A stretch of 61,859 nt of DNA from contig CAZWEZ010000006.1 of NCBI GenBank assembly GCA_964632795.1, forward strand, positions 1 to 61,859, given 5' to 3'. This DNA comes from an uncultured Thalassospiraceae bacterium. GTDB lineage: Bacteria; Pseudomonadota; Alphaproteobacteria; Rhodospirillales; 2-02-FULL-58-16. The position numbers and the translations under genes were made by a program. Below are positions 7,374 through 18,094 of the stretch, in pieces. Position 1 is the stretch's first letter, and every line of letters begins with the position of its first letter. The notes below the pieces were generated by a model. That model was given only the letters and a program-made list of their open reading frames with translations. It was not told the DNA's origin and did no database searches.

Positions 7374-9488
7374 TCAGGCCAGTCCCAGCTCGGCCTTTTT
7401 CCGGGCGCACCAGGACTGCAGGATGCGGTCGGTGATCATGGCGATGAGGGCGATGTCGCCACCGGCGATGACGCCCCAGCCGAAGTTGGCCTTGGTAACC
7501 CCTTCGTAGACCAGCTGGCCCAGCCCCATCGTGCCGACGAGGGCGGCGATGACCAGCATCGCCAGCCCGAACATGATGGTCTGGTTGAGCCCCAGCATGA
7601 TTTCGGGAAGCGCCAGGGGAAGCTTCACCTGCCACAGGATTTGCGGCCTGGTGCAGCCGATCGATTCGGCGGCCTCGACGACGTCGGGGGCGACGTTGCG
7701 CAGGCCGCTTTCGGTGTAACGGATCGCCGGCACGATAGCGTAGATGATGATCGCCAGGAGGGCCGGAAATTCGCCGAGCAGGAACACCATGATGACCGGG
7801 ATCAGGAAGACGAACAGCGGCATCGTCTGCAGGGTGTCGTTGATCGGCCGCAGGAACGCCGACACCCGGTCGCTGTGGGCCGCCCAGATGCCGAGCCCGG
7901 CGCCCAGCACGAACGAGATGAACACCGCCGCCGCGGCAAGGTAGATGGTGAGCATGGCCCGCGACCACTCGCCCGTGACCAGGATGAAGCCGAGGCCGAG
8001 AAAGGCGAACAGCGCCAGCCGCCAACCGCCGACCTGATAGGCGAGGAGCGTCACCAGCAGGACGAACACCGGCCACGGCGTGCCGAGGGTGCCGAAGTAG
8101 TAGAACCCGCCGCAGACGGCGACGCCGACCACCGAGCGCCAGCTCGACAGCCGCCACGCCACGAACGCCAGCGCGGCCACGATCGCCACGTAGACGGCGA
8201 TCACCCCGGGGGTCAGTTCGAACCCCCAGGACCGGGGCCGGGCCACGCTCTCGAAGCCGATCCGCAAGGGCAGCATGAAATAATAGAGCGCCCCGGCCTT
8301 TATCGCGTCGGTCTGGTCCTTGTATTCGGTGACGACGTAGCTGACCGCGTCGTTGATCGGCTGCGCCGGGTAGAAGATCCACTCCTTGGGGAAGGTGCGC
8401 AGCGCCGGCGCCAGGTAGGCCAGGGCGATCAAGGCCACCGCCGCGCCAAGCACCATGTACAGGGTGGGACGATCGCGGAAGCCATGGCCCGTGACCCGCG
8501 CCCGCGCCGCGCCGGACCGCTCGGCGAAGCCGCGGCTGATGCGGTCCATCATCATCGCCATCAGCGCGATGACGATTCCGGCGAGGAAGCTCTGGCCGGT
8601 CTGGGCCTTGCGCATGGTGCTCAACACCTCCCAGCCGATGTCGGCGAAGCCGCCGATGACGGCGGCGATGATCACCATCGAAAGCGCCGCCATGATCGCC
8701 TGGTTGACCCCCATCATGATGTTGTGGGCCGCCGCCGGTATCTGCACCCACCCCAGAAGCTGGCGTTCGGTGCAGCCCGCCATGCGCCCCGATTCGACGA
8801 TCTCGGTGGGGACCAGGGCCAGCCCCAGCATGGTGTTGCGGACCATCGGCGGGACCGCGTAGATGACGCTGGCGACCAGCCCGACGACCGGGCCGAAGCC
8901 GAACAGCAGGAGAATGGGGATGAGATAGGCGAAGGTCGGCACCGTCTGCATGATGTCGAGCATCGGTACGATGACTTGGCGCGCGGCCGGCGACTTGAAG
9001 CCCCAGATCCCGATCACGAAGCCGATGGCGACGGCGAGCGGCACCGCGACCCCGACCAGGGCCAGGGTGTTCATGCTCTCTTCCCAATAGCCGACGACCA
9101 CCATGTAGAACAGCGAGAGGGCACTGAACACGGCCAGCCGCCAGCCCGAGGCGGCATGGGCCAGGGCGACGACGATGGCGATGGTGGCCGGCCACGGCAG
9201 CCAGTGAAGCAGGTTGCCGAGCCCCCTCATCGGCCAGTCGAGGAGCCAGCTGATGGCCCGGAACAACCATTTGAAGTTGGCGACGAACCACGCCATGGCG
9301 TCGTTCATCCAATCGCTGAACGGGATCACCCAGTCCTTGGGATAGGCCTTGATCCAGCCCACCTCGTCGCGGAGCCCGAAAAACACCACCGCAACCACGG
9401 CGACGACGATCCAGGAAACCAACGCCGGGTCGGCGCGGGGCGCCGACAACGGCGGCGCCGCGCCCCGGGTTTCCTCGGCCGCGGTCAT
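7374..9488 (-). CDS. Glycine betaine/proline-type ABC permease with two fused ProW domains
   Basis: Two copies of the D.MQT.P.F.YLIP...PA.A..IYA.PP..R.T..G...V...E.....G permease signature. Confidence 0.93.
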   Translation of the reverse strand: MTAAEETRGAAPPLSAPRADPALVSWIVVAVVAVVFFGLRDEVGWIKAYPKDWVIPFSDWMNDAMAWFVANFKWLFRAISWLLDWPMRGLGNLLHWLPWPATIAIVVALAHAASGWRLAVFSALSLFYMVVVGYWEESMNTLALVGVAVPLAVAIGFVIGIWGFKSPAARQVIVPMLDIMQTVPTFAYLIPILLLFGFGPVVGLVASVIYAVPPMVRNTMLGLALVPTEIVESGRMAGCTERQLLGWVQIPAAAHNIMMGVNQAIMAALSMVIIAAVIGGFADIGWEVLSTMRKAQTGQSFLAGIVIALMAMMMDRISRGFAERSGAARARVTGHGFRDRPTLYMVLGAAVALIALAYLAPALRTFPKEWIFYPAQPINDAVSYVVTEYKDQTDAIKAGALYYFMLPLRIGFESVARPRSWGFELTPGVIAVYVAIVAALAFVAWRLSSWRSVVGVAVCGGFYYFGTLGTPWPVFVLLVTLLAYQVGGWRLALFAFLGLGFILVTGEWSRAMLTIYLAAAAVFISFVLGAGLGIWAAHSDRVSAFLRPINDTLQTMPLFVFLIPVIMVFLLGEFPALLAIIIYAIVPAIRYTESGLRNVAPDVVEAAESIGCTRPQILWQVKLPLALPEIMLGLNQTIMFGLAMLVIAALVGTMGLGQLVYEGVTKANFGWGVIAGGDIALIAMITDRILQSWCARKKAELGLA

Positions 9489-10564
9489 CCGTCGCCTTCT
9501 TCCTCGCTTGCCAGGGTGAGAATGACTTCCTGGGGCGAGACGTGGCCGATCACCTCGCCGCCCTCGCCGGTGACGGCGACCGTCTCCATGTTTTCCGCAA
9601 ACCTGGCCATCAGGCGCTCGAGCGGGACGCCGGCGTCGACCGTGGTCGTGGGCTGGGGAACGTCACCGGGGGGCACCATGATGTCGCCGGCGGTGAGCAC
9701 CTTGACCCGGGGCGCGTCCTGGGTGAACTCGGTGACGTAGTCGTCGGCCGGCCGCATGACGACCTCGGTGGGGGTGCCGATCTGGACGATCTCGCCGTCT
9801 TTCATGATGGCTATGCGGTCGGCCAGGCGGAGCGCCTCGAGGAAGTCGTGGGTGATGAACACGATGGTCTTGTGGAGGAGCCGCTGAAGGCGCAGGAACT
9901 CGTCCTGCATCTGCCGGCGGATCAGCGGATCGAGGGCCGAGAACGGCTCGTCGAGGAACCAGATCTGGGGCTCGACGGCGAGCGACCGGGCGAGGCCGAC
10001 GCGCTGCTGCTGGCCCCCCGAGAGCTGGCGCGGAAAGCTCCCCTCGCGGCCCTCGAGGCCGACCAGGTCGAGCACCTCCATTGCCCGCTGGTGGCGTTGC
10101 TCCCGCCCCATCCCCTGGACCTTCAGCGGGAACGCCACGTTCTCGAGCACGTTCATGTGGGGCATCAGCCCGAAGTGCTGGAACACCATCCCCATCTTGT
10201 GGCGGCGGATCTCGATGAGTTCCTTCTTCGATACCTTGAGCAGGTCCTGGCCGTCGAACAGCACCTCGCCGGCGGTCGGCTCGACAAGCCGCGACAGGCA
10301 GCGGACGATAGTCGATTTGCCCGACCCCGACAGCCCCATGATGATGAAGATCTCGCCCATCTGGACGTCGAAGCTGACGTTGCAGGCGGCGGCGATGTGG
10401 CCGCTGGCGCGGATTTCCCCGATGTGGGCGGCGGGGTCCGGGACGATGCCGCTGGCATCATTGAAGAAGCTCTCGGGCCCGGTTCCGTAGATTTTCCACA
10501 GGTTGCGGCACGACAGCCTCGGCGTGCTGGCGGGACCGCCTTGGTTATCGGGCACGGGCATCAC
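9485..10564 (-). CDS. Glycine betaine/proline-type ABC ATP-binding subunit (ProV-like)
   Basis: [42 protein letters not shown]; C-terminal CBS-like tail. Confidence 0.95.
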   Translation of the reverse strand: MMPVPDNQGGPASTPRLSCRNLWKIYGTGPESFFNDASGIVPDPAAHIGEIRASGHIAAACNVSFDVQMGEIFIIMGLSGSGKSTIVRCLSRLVEPTAGEVLFDGQDLLKVSKKELIEIRRHKMGMVFQHFGLMPHMNVLENVAFPLKVQGMGREQRHQRAMEVLDLVGLEGREGSFPRQLSGGQQQRVGLARSLAVEPQIWFLDEPFSALDPLIRRQMQDEFLRLQRLLHKTIVFITHDFLEALRLADRIAIMKDGEIVQIGTPTEVVMRPADDYVTEFTQDAPRVKVLTAGDIMVPPGDVPQPTTTVDAGVPLERLMARFAENMETVAVTGEGGEVIGHVSPQEVILTLASEEEGDG

Positions 10565-10637
10565 TCGACAATCGGGTTGGCGCGGCGCGGAGGCCGGGAG
10601 GCCGGCGTTGCGGCCGACCCGCCCGCCCCGCTCCGCG

Positions 10638-11624
10638 TCAGTGTCCGGCCAGCGCCTTGTCGACCATCGGGCGCCACTTGGCCTCGTTGGCGTCGACCCA
10701 CGCCTTGGTGACCTCGACCAGGTCCTCGCCGCGGACGTCGATGGCGGCCATCATCGGGATCTGGTCCTCGTCGTCGAGCTGGTAGTTCTCGAGGAACCGG
10801 TAGGCCGCCGGCCACTTGTCCTTCATGCCCGTCCAGGCGACCTTGAAGGTGGTAGCGGCGTCGACCCCGCAGTCGCCGGTCTTGTCGGGATTGAGACCCC
10901 AGGCCGGGTCTTCGTTGCAGGCCGGATCGAACTTCGGCAATTCCACCCAGCCGACATCGACTTCGGCCAACACCCAGTGCGGCCCCCAGAACATCATCAC
11001 CAGCGGCGACTTGCGCTCCCAGGCGCTCTTCAGCTCGGCGACCAGCGCCCCTTCGCTGCCGCCGGGGACGGCCATGTAGGGCAGCTCCAGGGCCTCGATG
11101 GTCGCCGCCGAACGGCCGCCCCAGTCGGCCGGGTAGACGACGATGCGGCCCTTGGGGAAGGTTTCGGGCGTGGACAGGAGCTCGGTGCAGTCCAGAAGCG
11201 CTTTCCAGTCGGGAAGCCCCGGGCATTTCTGTTCCATGAACTTGGGGTAGACCCAGCCCTCGACGGTATCGACGCCGAGGTTGCCGATGCGCTCGACGTT
11301 GCCGGTGGCCTTGGCCTTCTCGAACTGATCGCCGAGGTTGTTGGACCAGATCTCCAGGCTGGCCGCCAACATGCCGTCGGTAAGCGCCTGGAACTGCGGG
11401 AAGTAGCCGGCGGTGACGTATTCCACGTTGTAGCCCATGCGCTTGAGGATCTCGCCGCCGATGTGGGTGGAGATGTGTTGACCCGTCCACTCGTTGATCG
11501 CCAACTTGATCGGATCGGTGGACTCGGGCACGTCCCCGGCATCGGCCGGTGACGCCATGGTGAGAACGGCCGCCACCCCGACACCGATGGCGCCAAGGGT
11601 CGCCTTATGCAAAAAACCTTTCAT
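10638..11624 (-). CDS. Glycine betaine/proline-type ABC substrate-binding protein (ProX-like)
   Basis: Signal peptide; NEWTGQ, LEIW and FWGPHW aromatic-box-type residues. Start moved to ATG 11624 with a GGAGG-like RBS. Confidence 0.92.
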   Translation of the reverse strand: MKGFLHKATLGAIGVGVAAVLTMASPADAGDVPESTDPIKLAINEWTGQHISTHIGGEILKRMGYNVEYVTAGYFPQFQALTDGMLAASLEIWSNNLGDQFEKAKATGNVERIGNLGVDTVEGWVYPKFMEQKCPGLPDWKALLDCTELLSTPETFPKGRIVVYPADWGGRSAATIEALELPYMAVPGGSEGALVAELKSAWERKSPLVMMFWGPHWVLAEVDVGWVELPKFDPACNEDPAWGLNPDKTGDCGVDAATTFKVAWTGMKDKWPAAYRFLENYQLDDEDQIPMMAAIDVRGEDLVEVTKAWVDANEAKWRPMVDKALAGH

Positions 11625-11810
11625 TGATTCCTCCCTGTCTTCCGGACCCGAGCAACGGTCTGGTTTTCCCCGTCTTGAACTCACTCAAGTGCTTCGTTTA
11701 TGCACCCGGGGGCCGTCATCGGGGATACTTACGTTTTAGTATATATGGCCATGACAAATCAAGCACGAGGATGGCCGCCACTCGCTCGCGGGCGCCGCGG
11801 GATCGGTATG

Positions 11811-13451
11811 CTATGGGGCGCTGTTCTCCCGGAAATGGAAGTCGGCGTGGAACGGCGCCAGTTGTTCGACCCCCTTGATGAAGTCCGCCGCGCGCTCGGC
11901 GATCATCTGGGTCGGCGCGTCCAGGTTGGCGCTGATGATTTGGGGCATCACCGAGGCATCGACGACACGCAGCCCTTCCATGCCGCGGACCTTCAGTTCG
12001 CCGTCCACCACCGCCATCGCATCGGTGCCCATGGAGCAGGTGCAGCACGGATGGAAATCGGTCTCGGCGCTTGCCCGTATCCAGGCTTCGATGTCGGCGT
12101 CCGGCCCCGGTTCCTTTTCCCGCCCCCGGTAGTCGTCGAAAGCCGGCTGGGCGATCAGGTCGCGGATCAGTTTGACACCCTCGATCAACTGTCGCCGGTC
12201 ATTTTCCGTGGCCAGGAAATTGAAATGCAACGCCGGCTTCTCATGGGGGCTGTTCGAGTTCAGGGCGATATGGCCCCTGCTTTCCTGTCGCAACAGGTCC
12301 AGGTGAATCGAAAACGCCTGGTCCAGCCTGATTTCATCGCCGACGTAGTCGAAGCCGACCGGGGCGAAATGGTATTGCAGATTGGGGTAGGGAACGTCGG
12401 CATTGCCGCGGACCAGGCCACCGGCCTCCCAGATGTTCGACGCCGCCAGGCCGGAGCGATCGACCATCCAGCGCGTGCCCGCCCACAGCTTGCGTATCGG
12501 GTTGGCGATGCCGTGGATCGTCACCGGCCTGGTGCATTGATATTTGACGATGACGTCCACGTGGTCCTGCAGGTTCCGGCCGACCCCGGCCAGGTCGTGG
12601 AGCGGATCGATGCCGACCGAGCGAAGATGGTCCGCCGGACCGATACCCGACAGCATCAACAGTTGCGGTGAATTGATGGCGCCGCCCGAGAGAATGACCT
12701 CCTTGGCCGCCCGGACCGTGCGGCGTTGGCCGCGTTGCTCGTATTCGACGCCCGTCGCGCGGTTGCCCTCGATCAGCACCCGGTGGGCCAGGGCGCGGGT
12801 TTCGAGGCACAGGTTTTGCCGACTCAGAGCCGGTTTCAGATGGGCCACCGCGGCACTGCAGCGCCGGCCGTCGCGCTTGGAGCAGTCGAACCGCGCCAGG
12901 CCTTCGGGTTTGTAGCCGTTCAGGTCATCGGACCGGCCCTGGCCCGATTGCTCTCCGGCCTCGAGAAAAGCGTCGAACAGGGGGTTTTCCAGCCTCCCCC
13001 GGGATACGCCGAGGGGGCCCGAACCGCCGCGCCAGTCGTCGGCGCCGCGGTCGTAGGTTTCGCATTTCTTGAAATACGGCAGGCATTGGGCGTAGTCCCA
13101 GCGCCCCAGATCGAACTCCTCCGCCCAACGGTCGTAGTCGAGCGGGTGACCCCGCATGTAGACCATCGAGTTGATCGAAGACGACCCGCCGACGACCCGG
13201 CCGCGCGGGATCGGGATGTTGCGCCCATGGAGGCCGGACTCGGCCTCGCTCTGGTAGTTCCAGTTGAACCGCGGGTCCTTGTAGACCCGGTAGACCCCGG
13301 CCGGGATGTGGATGAACAGGTTGCGGTCCATGGGACCGGCTTCGAGCACCAGCACGCTGGTACCGGGGTCCTCGCTCAGGCGACCGGCCAAGACGCATCC
13401 CGCCGACCCGGCGCCGACGATCACGTAGTCATAGGTTTGGGTCTTCGCCAT
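11811..13451 (-). CDS. GMC-family oxidoreductase (choline dehydrogenase-like)
   Basis: DYVIVGAGSAGC, GRVVGGSSSINSMVY, LMLSGIG, GRNLQDH, FHPCCTC, LRVVDASVMP. Substrate not established. Confidence 0.92.
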   Translation of the reverse strand: MAKTQTYDYVIVGAGSAGCVLAGRLSEDPGTSVLVLEAGPMDRNLFIHIPAGVYRVYKDPRFNWNYQSEAESGLHGRNIPIPRGRVVGGSSSINSMVYMRGHPLDYDRWAEEFDLGRWDYAQCLPYFKKCETYDRGADDWRGGSGPLGVSRGRLENPLFDAFLEAGEQSGQGRSDDLNGYKPEGLARFDCSKRDGRRCSAAVAHLKPALSRQNLCLETRALAHRVLIEGNRATGVEYEQRGQRRTVRAAKEVILSGGAINSPQLLMLSGIGPADHLRSVGIDPLHDLAGVGRNLQDHVDVIVKYQCTRPVTIHGIANPIRKLWAGTRWMVDRSGLAASNIWEAGGLVRGNADVPYPNLQYHFAPVGFDYVGDEIRLDQAFSIHLDLLRQESRGHIALNSNSPHEKPALHFNFLATENDRRQLIEGVKLIRDLIAQPAFDDYRGREKEPGPDADIEAWIRASAETDFHPCCTCSMGTDAMAVVDGELKVRGMEGLRVVDASVMPQIISANLDAPTQMIAERAADFIKGVEQLAPFHADFHFRENSAP

Positions 13452-13498
13452 CGCGTTCCCCCCGGCCCGTCCGTTGGCCTCGGATGCATATCACGGAT

Positions 13499-13520
13499 TT
13501 ATCCGGCATTTCCCGGATAA
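13499..13520. promoter_or_regulatory. Palindrome TTATCCGG-N6-CCGGATAA upstream of the GMC gene (candidate operator)
   Basis: Perfect 8-bp arms in the divergent intergenic region, with a wider imperfect dyad around them. Confidence 0.35.
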
Positions 13521-13728
13521 CTTTCAAATCCACGGTGATAGTACCCAAATCCACCGCCCTTGGAATCACTAACCCACTCCATAGCTGACCTTGAAGCCAC
13601 GTTCGACTGCTCAGGGTCCGACAACGGACCATCTTCGGCGAAACGCTGATATTGATACAGTTCGCCGGAATCGTGTAATTATTTCTCGGACTGTTACTCC
13701 TGTATTTGGGGAAGGGATTCGTTGTGGC

Positions 13729-14646
13729 ATGATCGAATTCATGCGCCGCCGGGCCGACTTGCTACCGAGCATGGGGATTGCCCTGGGCGCCGCGCTATGG
13801 GGCCTTTTCTGGATACCGCTTCGAGGGATCGAGCAAGCTGGCGTCGCTACGGCCTGGACCGGACCGACCATATTCGCATGCGTCTCGCTGGTAGTTCTGC
13901 CGGCGGCCGTTTGGCGCTGGCGCAACTTTATGGCGGGCGGCGCGGGTTTGTTCACGGCCGGCGCGCTGGCTGGGTTGGCGTTCGCGCTGTATGCCAGCAG
14001 CATCCTGCTGACCGACGTGGTCCGCGCCCTGCTGTTGTTCTATATGACGCCGATATGGAGCACCGCCCTCGGTCTTGCCTTCCTCGGCGAGCGCTTGACC
14101 GTCAACCGCGTGCTGGCGCTGGTCCTCGGATTCAGCGGCCTGGCGGTCATCCTTGGCGCCGGCGTCCAGTTCCCGTGGCCGCGTGAAACCGGAGACTGGC
14201 TGGCCCTGGCGGCGGGGCTGTGCTGGTCTTTCGCTTCTGTCAGGCTGTTTCAGGGCGGCCCGACGATGGTGTTCGAGAAGGCGTTTCTTTTCGTTTTCTG
14301 CGCCTTTGTGGCTTCTCTTTTCCTAACCCAGTTGCCGCTGAACGTCGAAAGCGAATTCCCGAATGCGGCCGCCTTGGTCGGCGGGTGGCCCTGGATCGCC
14401 GTGGTGACCATATTCCTGCTTCCGGCTACCTATCTGACGATCTGGCCGACAACGATGTTAAGCCCGGCCCGTGTCGGCATTCTGTTCATGGCCGAGGTCA
14501 TAGTCGGTGTCGGCTCGGCGGCGTCGCTGACGGACGAGCCATTCGGCACACGCGAGGCATTGGGCACGATTTTTATCGTCGGTGCCGGAATCGTCGAGGT
14601 GTTGCGTCGCCAGGACCTTTCCACACGGGCCAATACGTCGCGTTGA
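13729..14646 (+). CDS. DMT/EamA family transporter
   Basis: About 10 TM segments; LWGLFWIPLR, LLFYMTPIWST...LGER. Start trimmed to ATG 13729. Confidence 0.9.
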   Translation: MIEFMRRRADLLPSMGIALGAALWGLFWIPLRGIEQAGVATAWTGPTIFACVSLVVLPAAVWRWRNFMAGGAGLFTAGALAGLAFALYASSILLTDVVRALLLFYMTPIWSTALGLAFLGERLTVNRVLALVLGFSGLAVILGAGVQFPWPRETGDWLALAAGLCWSFASVRLFQGGPTMVFEKAFLFVFCAFVASLFLTQLPLNVESEFPNAAALVGGWPWIAVVTIFLLPATYLTIWPTTMLSPARVGILFMAEVIVGVGSAASLTDEPFGTREALGTIFIVGAGIVEVLRRQDLSTRANTSR

Positions 14647-14769
14647 GGCAGTACCGCTCATCCGCGGTGGCCGAGGACGATTTCGATTCCGGGGGTGCCC
14701 GGCGGCTCGTTATGGATTATTTTACGTCCGACTCGCCCAAGGCGGGACCACCAGCCAGGGGGAAGAGGC

Positions 14770-15645
14770 ATGAGCGAGGCGCGGGCCAAGGCGGCCGGGT
14801 TGTCCTGCTGGAGCGGGCCGGTCGATCCCCAGCCGCTGGGCGGCGGCTTCACCAACACCAACTTCACGGTCGAGGACGCGGGTGAGAAGTTCGTGGTCCG
14901 GATCGGCGACGACATCCCGGTCCACGGGGTGATGCGGTTCAACGAGTTGGCCGCCAGCCGCGCCGCCCACGCCGCCGGCATCTCGCCCGAGATCGTCCAC
15001 GCCGAGCCCGGGGCGATGGTTATGCGTTTCGTCGAGGGCAAGACCTTCGGCGCCGAGGACGTGCGCCTCGACGCCAACCTGGAGCGCATCGTGGGGCTGA
15101 TCAAGAGCGTCCACCACGACATCCCCGACCACCTGCGCGGCCCGGCGCTGGTCTTCTGGGTGTTCCAGGTGTGCCGCGACTACGCCGCCACGATCAGGGA
15201 CGGCAACCCCCGGGTGGCCGGCGAGGTGCCCCGGCTGATGGCCGCCAACGCGGCGCTCGAGGAGGCGGTCGGGCCGATCCGCATGGTCTTCGGCCACAAC
15301 GACCTGCTGGCCGCCAACTTCATCGACGACGGCGAAAAGCTGTGGCTGGTCGACTGGGACTACGCCGGCTTCAACAGCCCGCTGTTCGACCTCGGCGGCC
15401 TGGCCTCCAACAACGAGTTGTCGCCAGAACAGGAGGAACGGCTGCTGGAGGCCTACTTCGAGGCCCCGGTGAGCGACGAACTGCGGCGGCGCTATGGGGC
15501 CATGAAGTGCGCCTCGCTGCTGCGCGAGACCATGTGGAGCATGGTCTCCGAAGTCCATTCCGAGCTCGATTTAGACTACCTCGCCTACACAGGCGAGAAC
15601 CTTTCGCGTTTCGAACGCGCCTATTCCGCTTTCCAGACACTGTGA
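14770..15645 (+). CDS. Choline/ethanolamine kinase family phosphotransferase
   Basis: LGGGFTNTNF, FVVRIG, Brenner motif HNDLLAANFI, LVDWDYAG. Start at ATG 14770 with RBS. Confidence 0.92.
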   Translation: MSEARAKAAGLSCWSGPVDPQPLGGGFTNTNFTVEDAGEKFVVRIGDDIPVHGVMRFNELAASRAAHAAGISPEIVHAEPGAMVMRFVEGKTFGAEDVRLDANLERIVGLIKSVHHDIPDHLRGPALVFWVFQVCRDYAATIRDGNPRVAGEVPRLMAANAALEEAVGPIRMVFGHNDLLAANFIDDGEKLWLVDWDYAGFNSPLFDLGGLASNNELSPEQEERLLEAYFEAPVSDELRRRYGAMKCASLLRETMWSMVSEVHSELDLDYLAYTGENLSRFERAYSAFQTL

Positions 15646-15652
15646 GGTCGCC

Positions 15653-18076
15653 ATGGCATCCCTCCCCTCCCGCGCCCGCGTCGTCGTCATCGGCGGCGGC
15701 ATCGTCGGCTGCTCGATCGCCTACCACCTGGCCAAGATGGGCGAAAAGGACGTCCTGCTGGTCGAAAAATCGGGCCTGACCCAGGGCGCGACCTGGCACG
15801 CCGCCGGCCTGGTCGGCCAGCTCAGGCCCTCGCGCAACACCACCCGGATGCTGCAAAAAAGCATCGAGCTCTACGACGCGCTGGAGGAGGAGACCGGCCA
15901 GTCGACCTCGTGGAAGAAACTCGGCAGCCTGCGCGTGGCGTGTTCCGAGGAACGCATGCTGGAGGTCAGGCGGGCCGCCACCATGGCCAAGAGCTTCGGC
16001 CTCGAGATGCACGTCATCAGCCCCCAGGAGGCCCAGGACCTGTTCCCGGTGATGGCCATCGACGACGTGGTCGGCGCCGCTTTCATCCCCGGCGACGGCG
16101 AGGTCGATCCGAGCAGCGTCACCCAGGCCCTGGCCAAGGGCGCCCGCATGCACGGGGCCAGGATCATGGAAGGGATCGAGGTCACCGGCTTCAACCTCGA
16201 TCGCCGCCGCGCCGTCGAGGTGGTCACCGACCAGGGCATCATCAAGACCGAGGTGGTGGTCAACGCGGCCGGCATGTGGGGCCGGCCGATCGGCCTGATG
16301 GCCGGGGTCCAGCTGCCGGCCTGCGCGCTCGAGCACCAGTACATGGTCACCGAGCCGATCCCCGGAATGCCCAAGGACATGACGTCGCTGCGCGACCCCG
16401 ACAACATCATCTACTTCAAGCCCGAGGGCGGCGGCCTGGCGGTCGGCGGCTGGGAGGAAAACACCCCGCCCTTCGGCGACAACGGCATCCGGAGCGACTT
16501 CGCCCAGGAACTGCTGCCCGACAACTTCGATCGTTTCGAGCAGGTCGCCCTGCTGGCCGCCAAGCGGGTCCCGGCGATCAACGACGTCGGCATCCGCAAG
16601 CTGATCAACGGCCCGATCCCCTATTCGGCCGACGGCGACTTCCTGATGGGCAAGGCGCCGGAACTCGACAACTACTTCGTCTGCACCGGCCTCTTGTACG
16701 GCATCGCGGCCGGCGGCGGGGCCGGCCAGATGATGGCCGAGTGGGTGCTCGACGGCGCCCCCAGCCTCGATCTGTGGCCGCTCGACGTGCGCCGCTTCAA
16801 CCCCCACCACAACACCAAGCACTTCATGTACCGGCGCGCCGTCGAGCTGTACGGCAAGCATTACGCCCTGCACGCCCCGGGCGTCGAGCACGAGACGGTG
16901 CGCTGCGTGCGCCTCGGCCCGCTCTACCGGACGCTGAAGGACAAGGGCGCGGTCTACGGCTCCAAGGCCGGCTGGGAGCGCCCCAACTGGTTCGCCCCCG
17001 AGGGGGTGGAGGCGGTCGACGCCTCGCACTTCGACCGCACCAAGAGCAACTGGTTCGAGCACGTCGGCAACGAGCACCGGGCGGTCCGCGAGCGGGCCGG
17101 GCTGATCGACCAGACCTCGTTCGCCAAGTTCGAGGTCCGCGGCTCCAAGGCCCTGGCTTCGCTGCAACGCCTGGCGGTGTCCGACCTCGACAAGCCGGCG
17201 GGCAGCGTGATCTACACCCAGTTCTGCAACGAACGGGGCGGCATCGAGTGCGACCTGACCATCCTGCGCCTGGCCGAGGACCGCTTCTACATCGTGACGG
17301 GCAGCGGTTTCGGGATCCACGACCTGCACTGGATCAATTCCAACATCGCCGACGACGGCTCGGTGACGGTCGACGAGGTGACCTCCTCGCGCGCCGTCAT
17401 CAACCTGTGCGGGCCGCGGGCCCGCAAGGTGCTGGAGAAGGTGGCCGAGGGCGACGTCTCGAAGGAGGCCCTGGCGTTCTCGACCTTCAAGGAGATCTTC
17501 GTCGGCGCCGCCCCGGTGCGCGCCGTGCGCATCGGCTACGTCGGCGAGCTGGGCTGGGAGCTGCACACCCCGACCGAATACGGCTGCCACGTCTACGACC
17601 TGCTGTGGGAGGCGGGCCGGGAGTTCGGGATCGCCAACGTCGGCTACCGGGCCATCGACACCCTGCGCATGGAGAAGGGGTATTTGTACTGGAGCTCGGA
17701 CATCACGCCCGACTACAACCCCTTTGAGGCCGGCCTCGGGTTCAGGGTCAACCTGGACAAGGGCGACTTCATCGGCCGTGAGGCACTGGCCAAAATCAAG
17801 AAGGACGGGGTGAACCGCAAGCTGTGCGTCTTCACCATCGACCGGGCGGTGTCGCTGTACGGCGGCGAGCCGATCATCAAGGACGGCCAGGTCATCGACA
17901 TCACGACCAGCGCCAACTACGGCCACACCGTGGCCAAGACCATCGCCCACGGCTACCTGCCCCTCGAGCTGGCCGGGGAGACCGACTTCGAGATCGAGGC
18001 CTTCGGGGTGACCTATCGGGCCACCCGCCACGACGGCGCGCTCTACGATCCCGAGATGAAACGGCTCAAGGCGTAG
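15653..18076 (+). CDS. GcvT-family FAD-dependent oxidoreductase (dimethylglycine/sarcosine dehydrogenase-like)
   Basis: GGGIVGCS, GATWHAAGLV, GWERPNWF, then a folate-binding GcvT domain (GYVGELGWELH, LRMEKGY). Confidence 0.93.
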   Translation: MASLPSRARVVVIGGGIVGCSIAYHLAKMGEKDVLLVEKSGLTQGATWHAAGLVGQLRPSRNTTRMLQKSIELYDALEEETGQSTSWKKLGSLRVACSEERMLEVRRAATMAKSFGLEMHVISPQEAQDLFPVMAIDDVVGAAFIPGDGEVDPSSVTQALAKGARMHGARIMEGIEVTGFNLDRRRAVEVVTDQGIIKTEVVVNAAGMWGRPIGLMAGVQLPACALEHQYMVTEPIPGMPKDMTSLRDPDNIIYFKPEGGGLAVGGWEENTPPFGDNGIRSDFAQELLPDNFDRFEQVALLAAKRVPAINDVGIRKLINGPIPYSADGDFLMGKAPELDNYFVCTGLLYGIAAGGGAGQMMAEWVLDGAPSLDLWPLDVRRFNPHHNTKHFMYRRAVELYGKHYALHAPGVEHETVRCVRLGPLYRTLKDKGAVYGSKAGWERPNWFAPEGVEAVDASHFDRTKSNWFEHVGNEHRAVRERAGLIDQTSFAKFEVRGSKALASLQRLAVSDLDKPAGSVIYTQFCNERGGIECDLTILRLAEDRFYIVTGSGFGIHDLHWINSNIADDGSVTVDEVTSSRAVINLCGPRARKVLEKVAEGDVSKEALAFSTFKEIFVGAAPVRAVRIGYVGELGWELHTPTEYGCHVYDLLWEAGREFGIANVGYRAIDTLRMEKGYLYWSSDITPDYNPFEAGLGFRVNLDKGDFIGREALAKIKKDGVNRKLCVFTIDRAVSLYGGEPIIKDGQVIDITTSANYGHTVAKTIAHGYLPLELAGETDFEIEAFGVTYRATRHDGALYDPEMKRLKA

Positions 18077-18094
18077 GCAAGAAGGAGATCGACC

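Noticed and set aside
13500-13690. About 60 open codons on the minus strand upstream of the GMC gene
   Set aside because: No start codon with an RBS and no recognisable homology; cannot be called a pseudogene.
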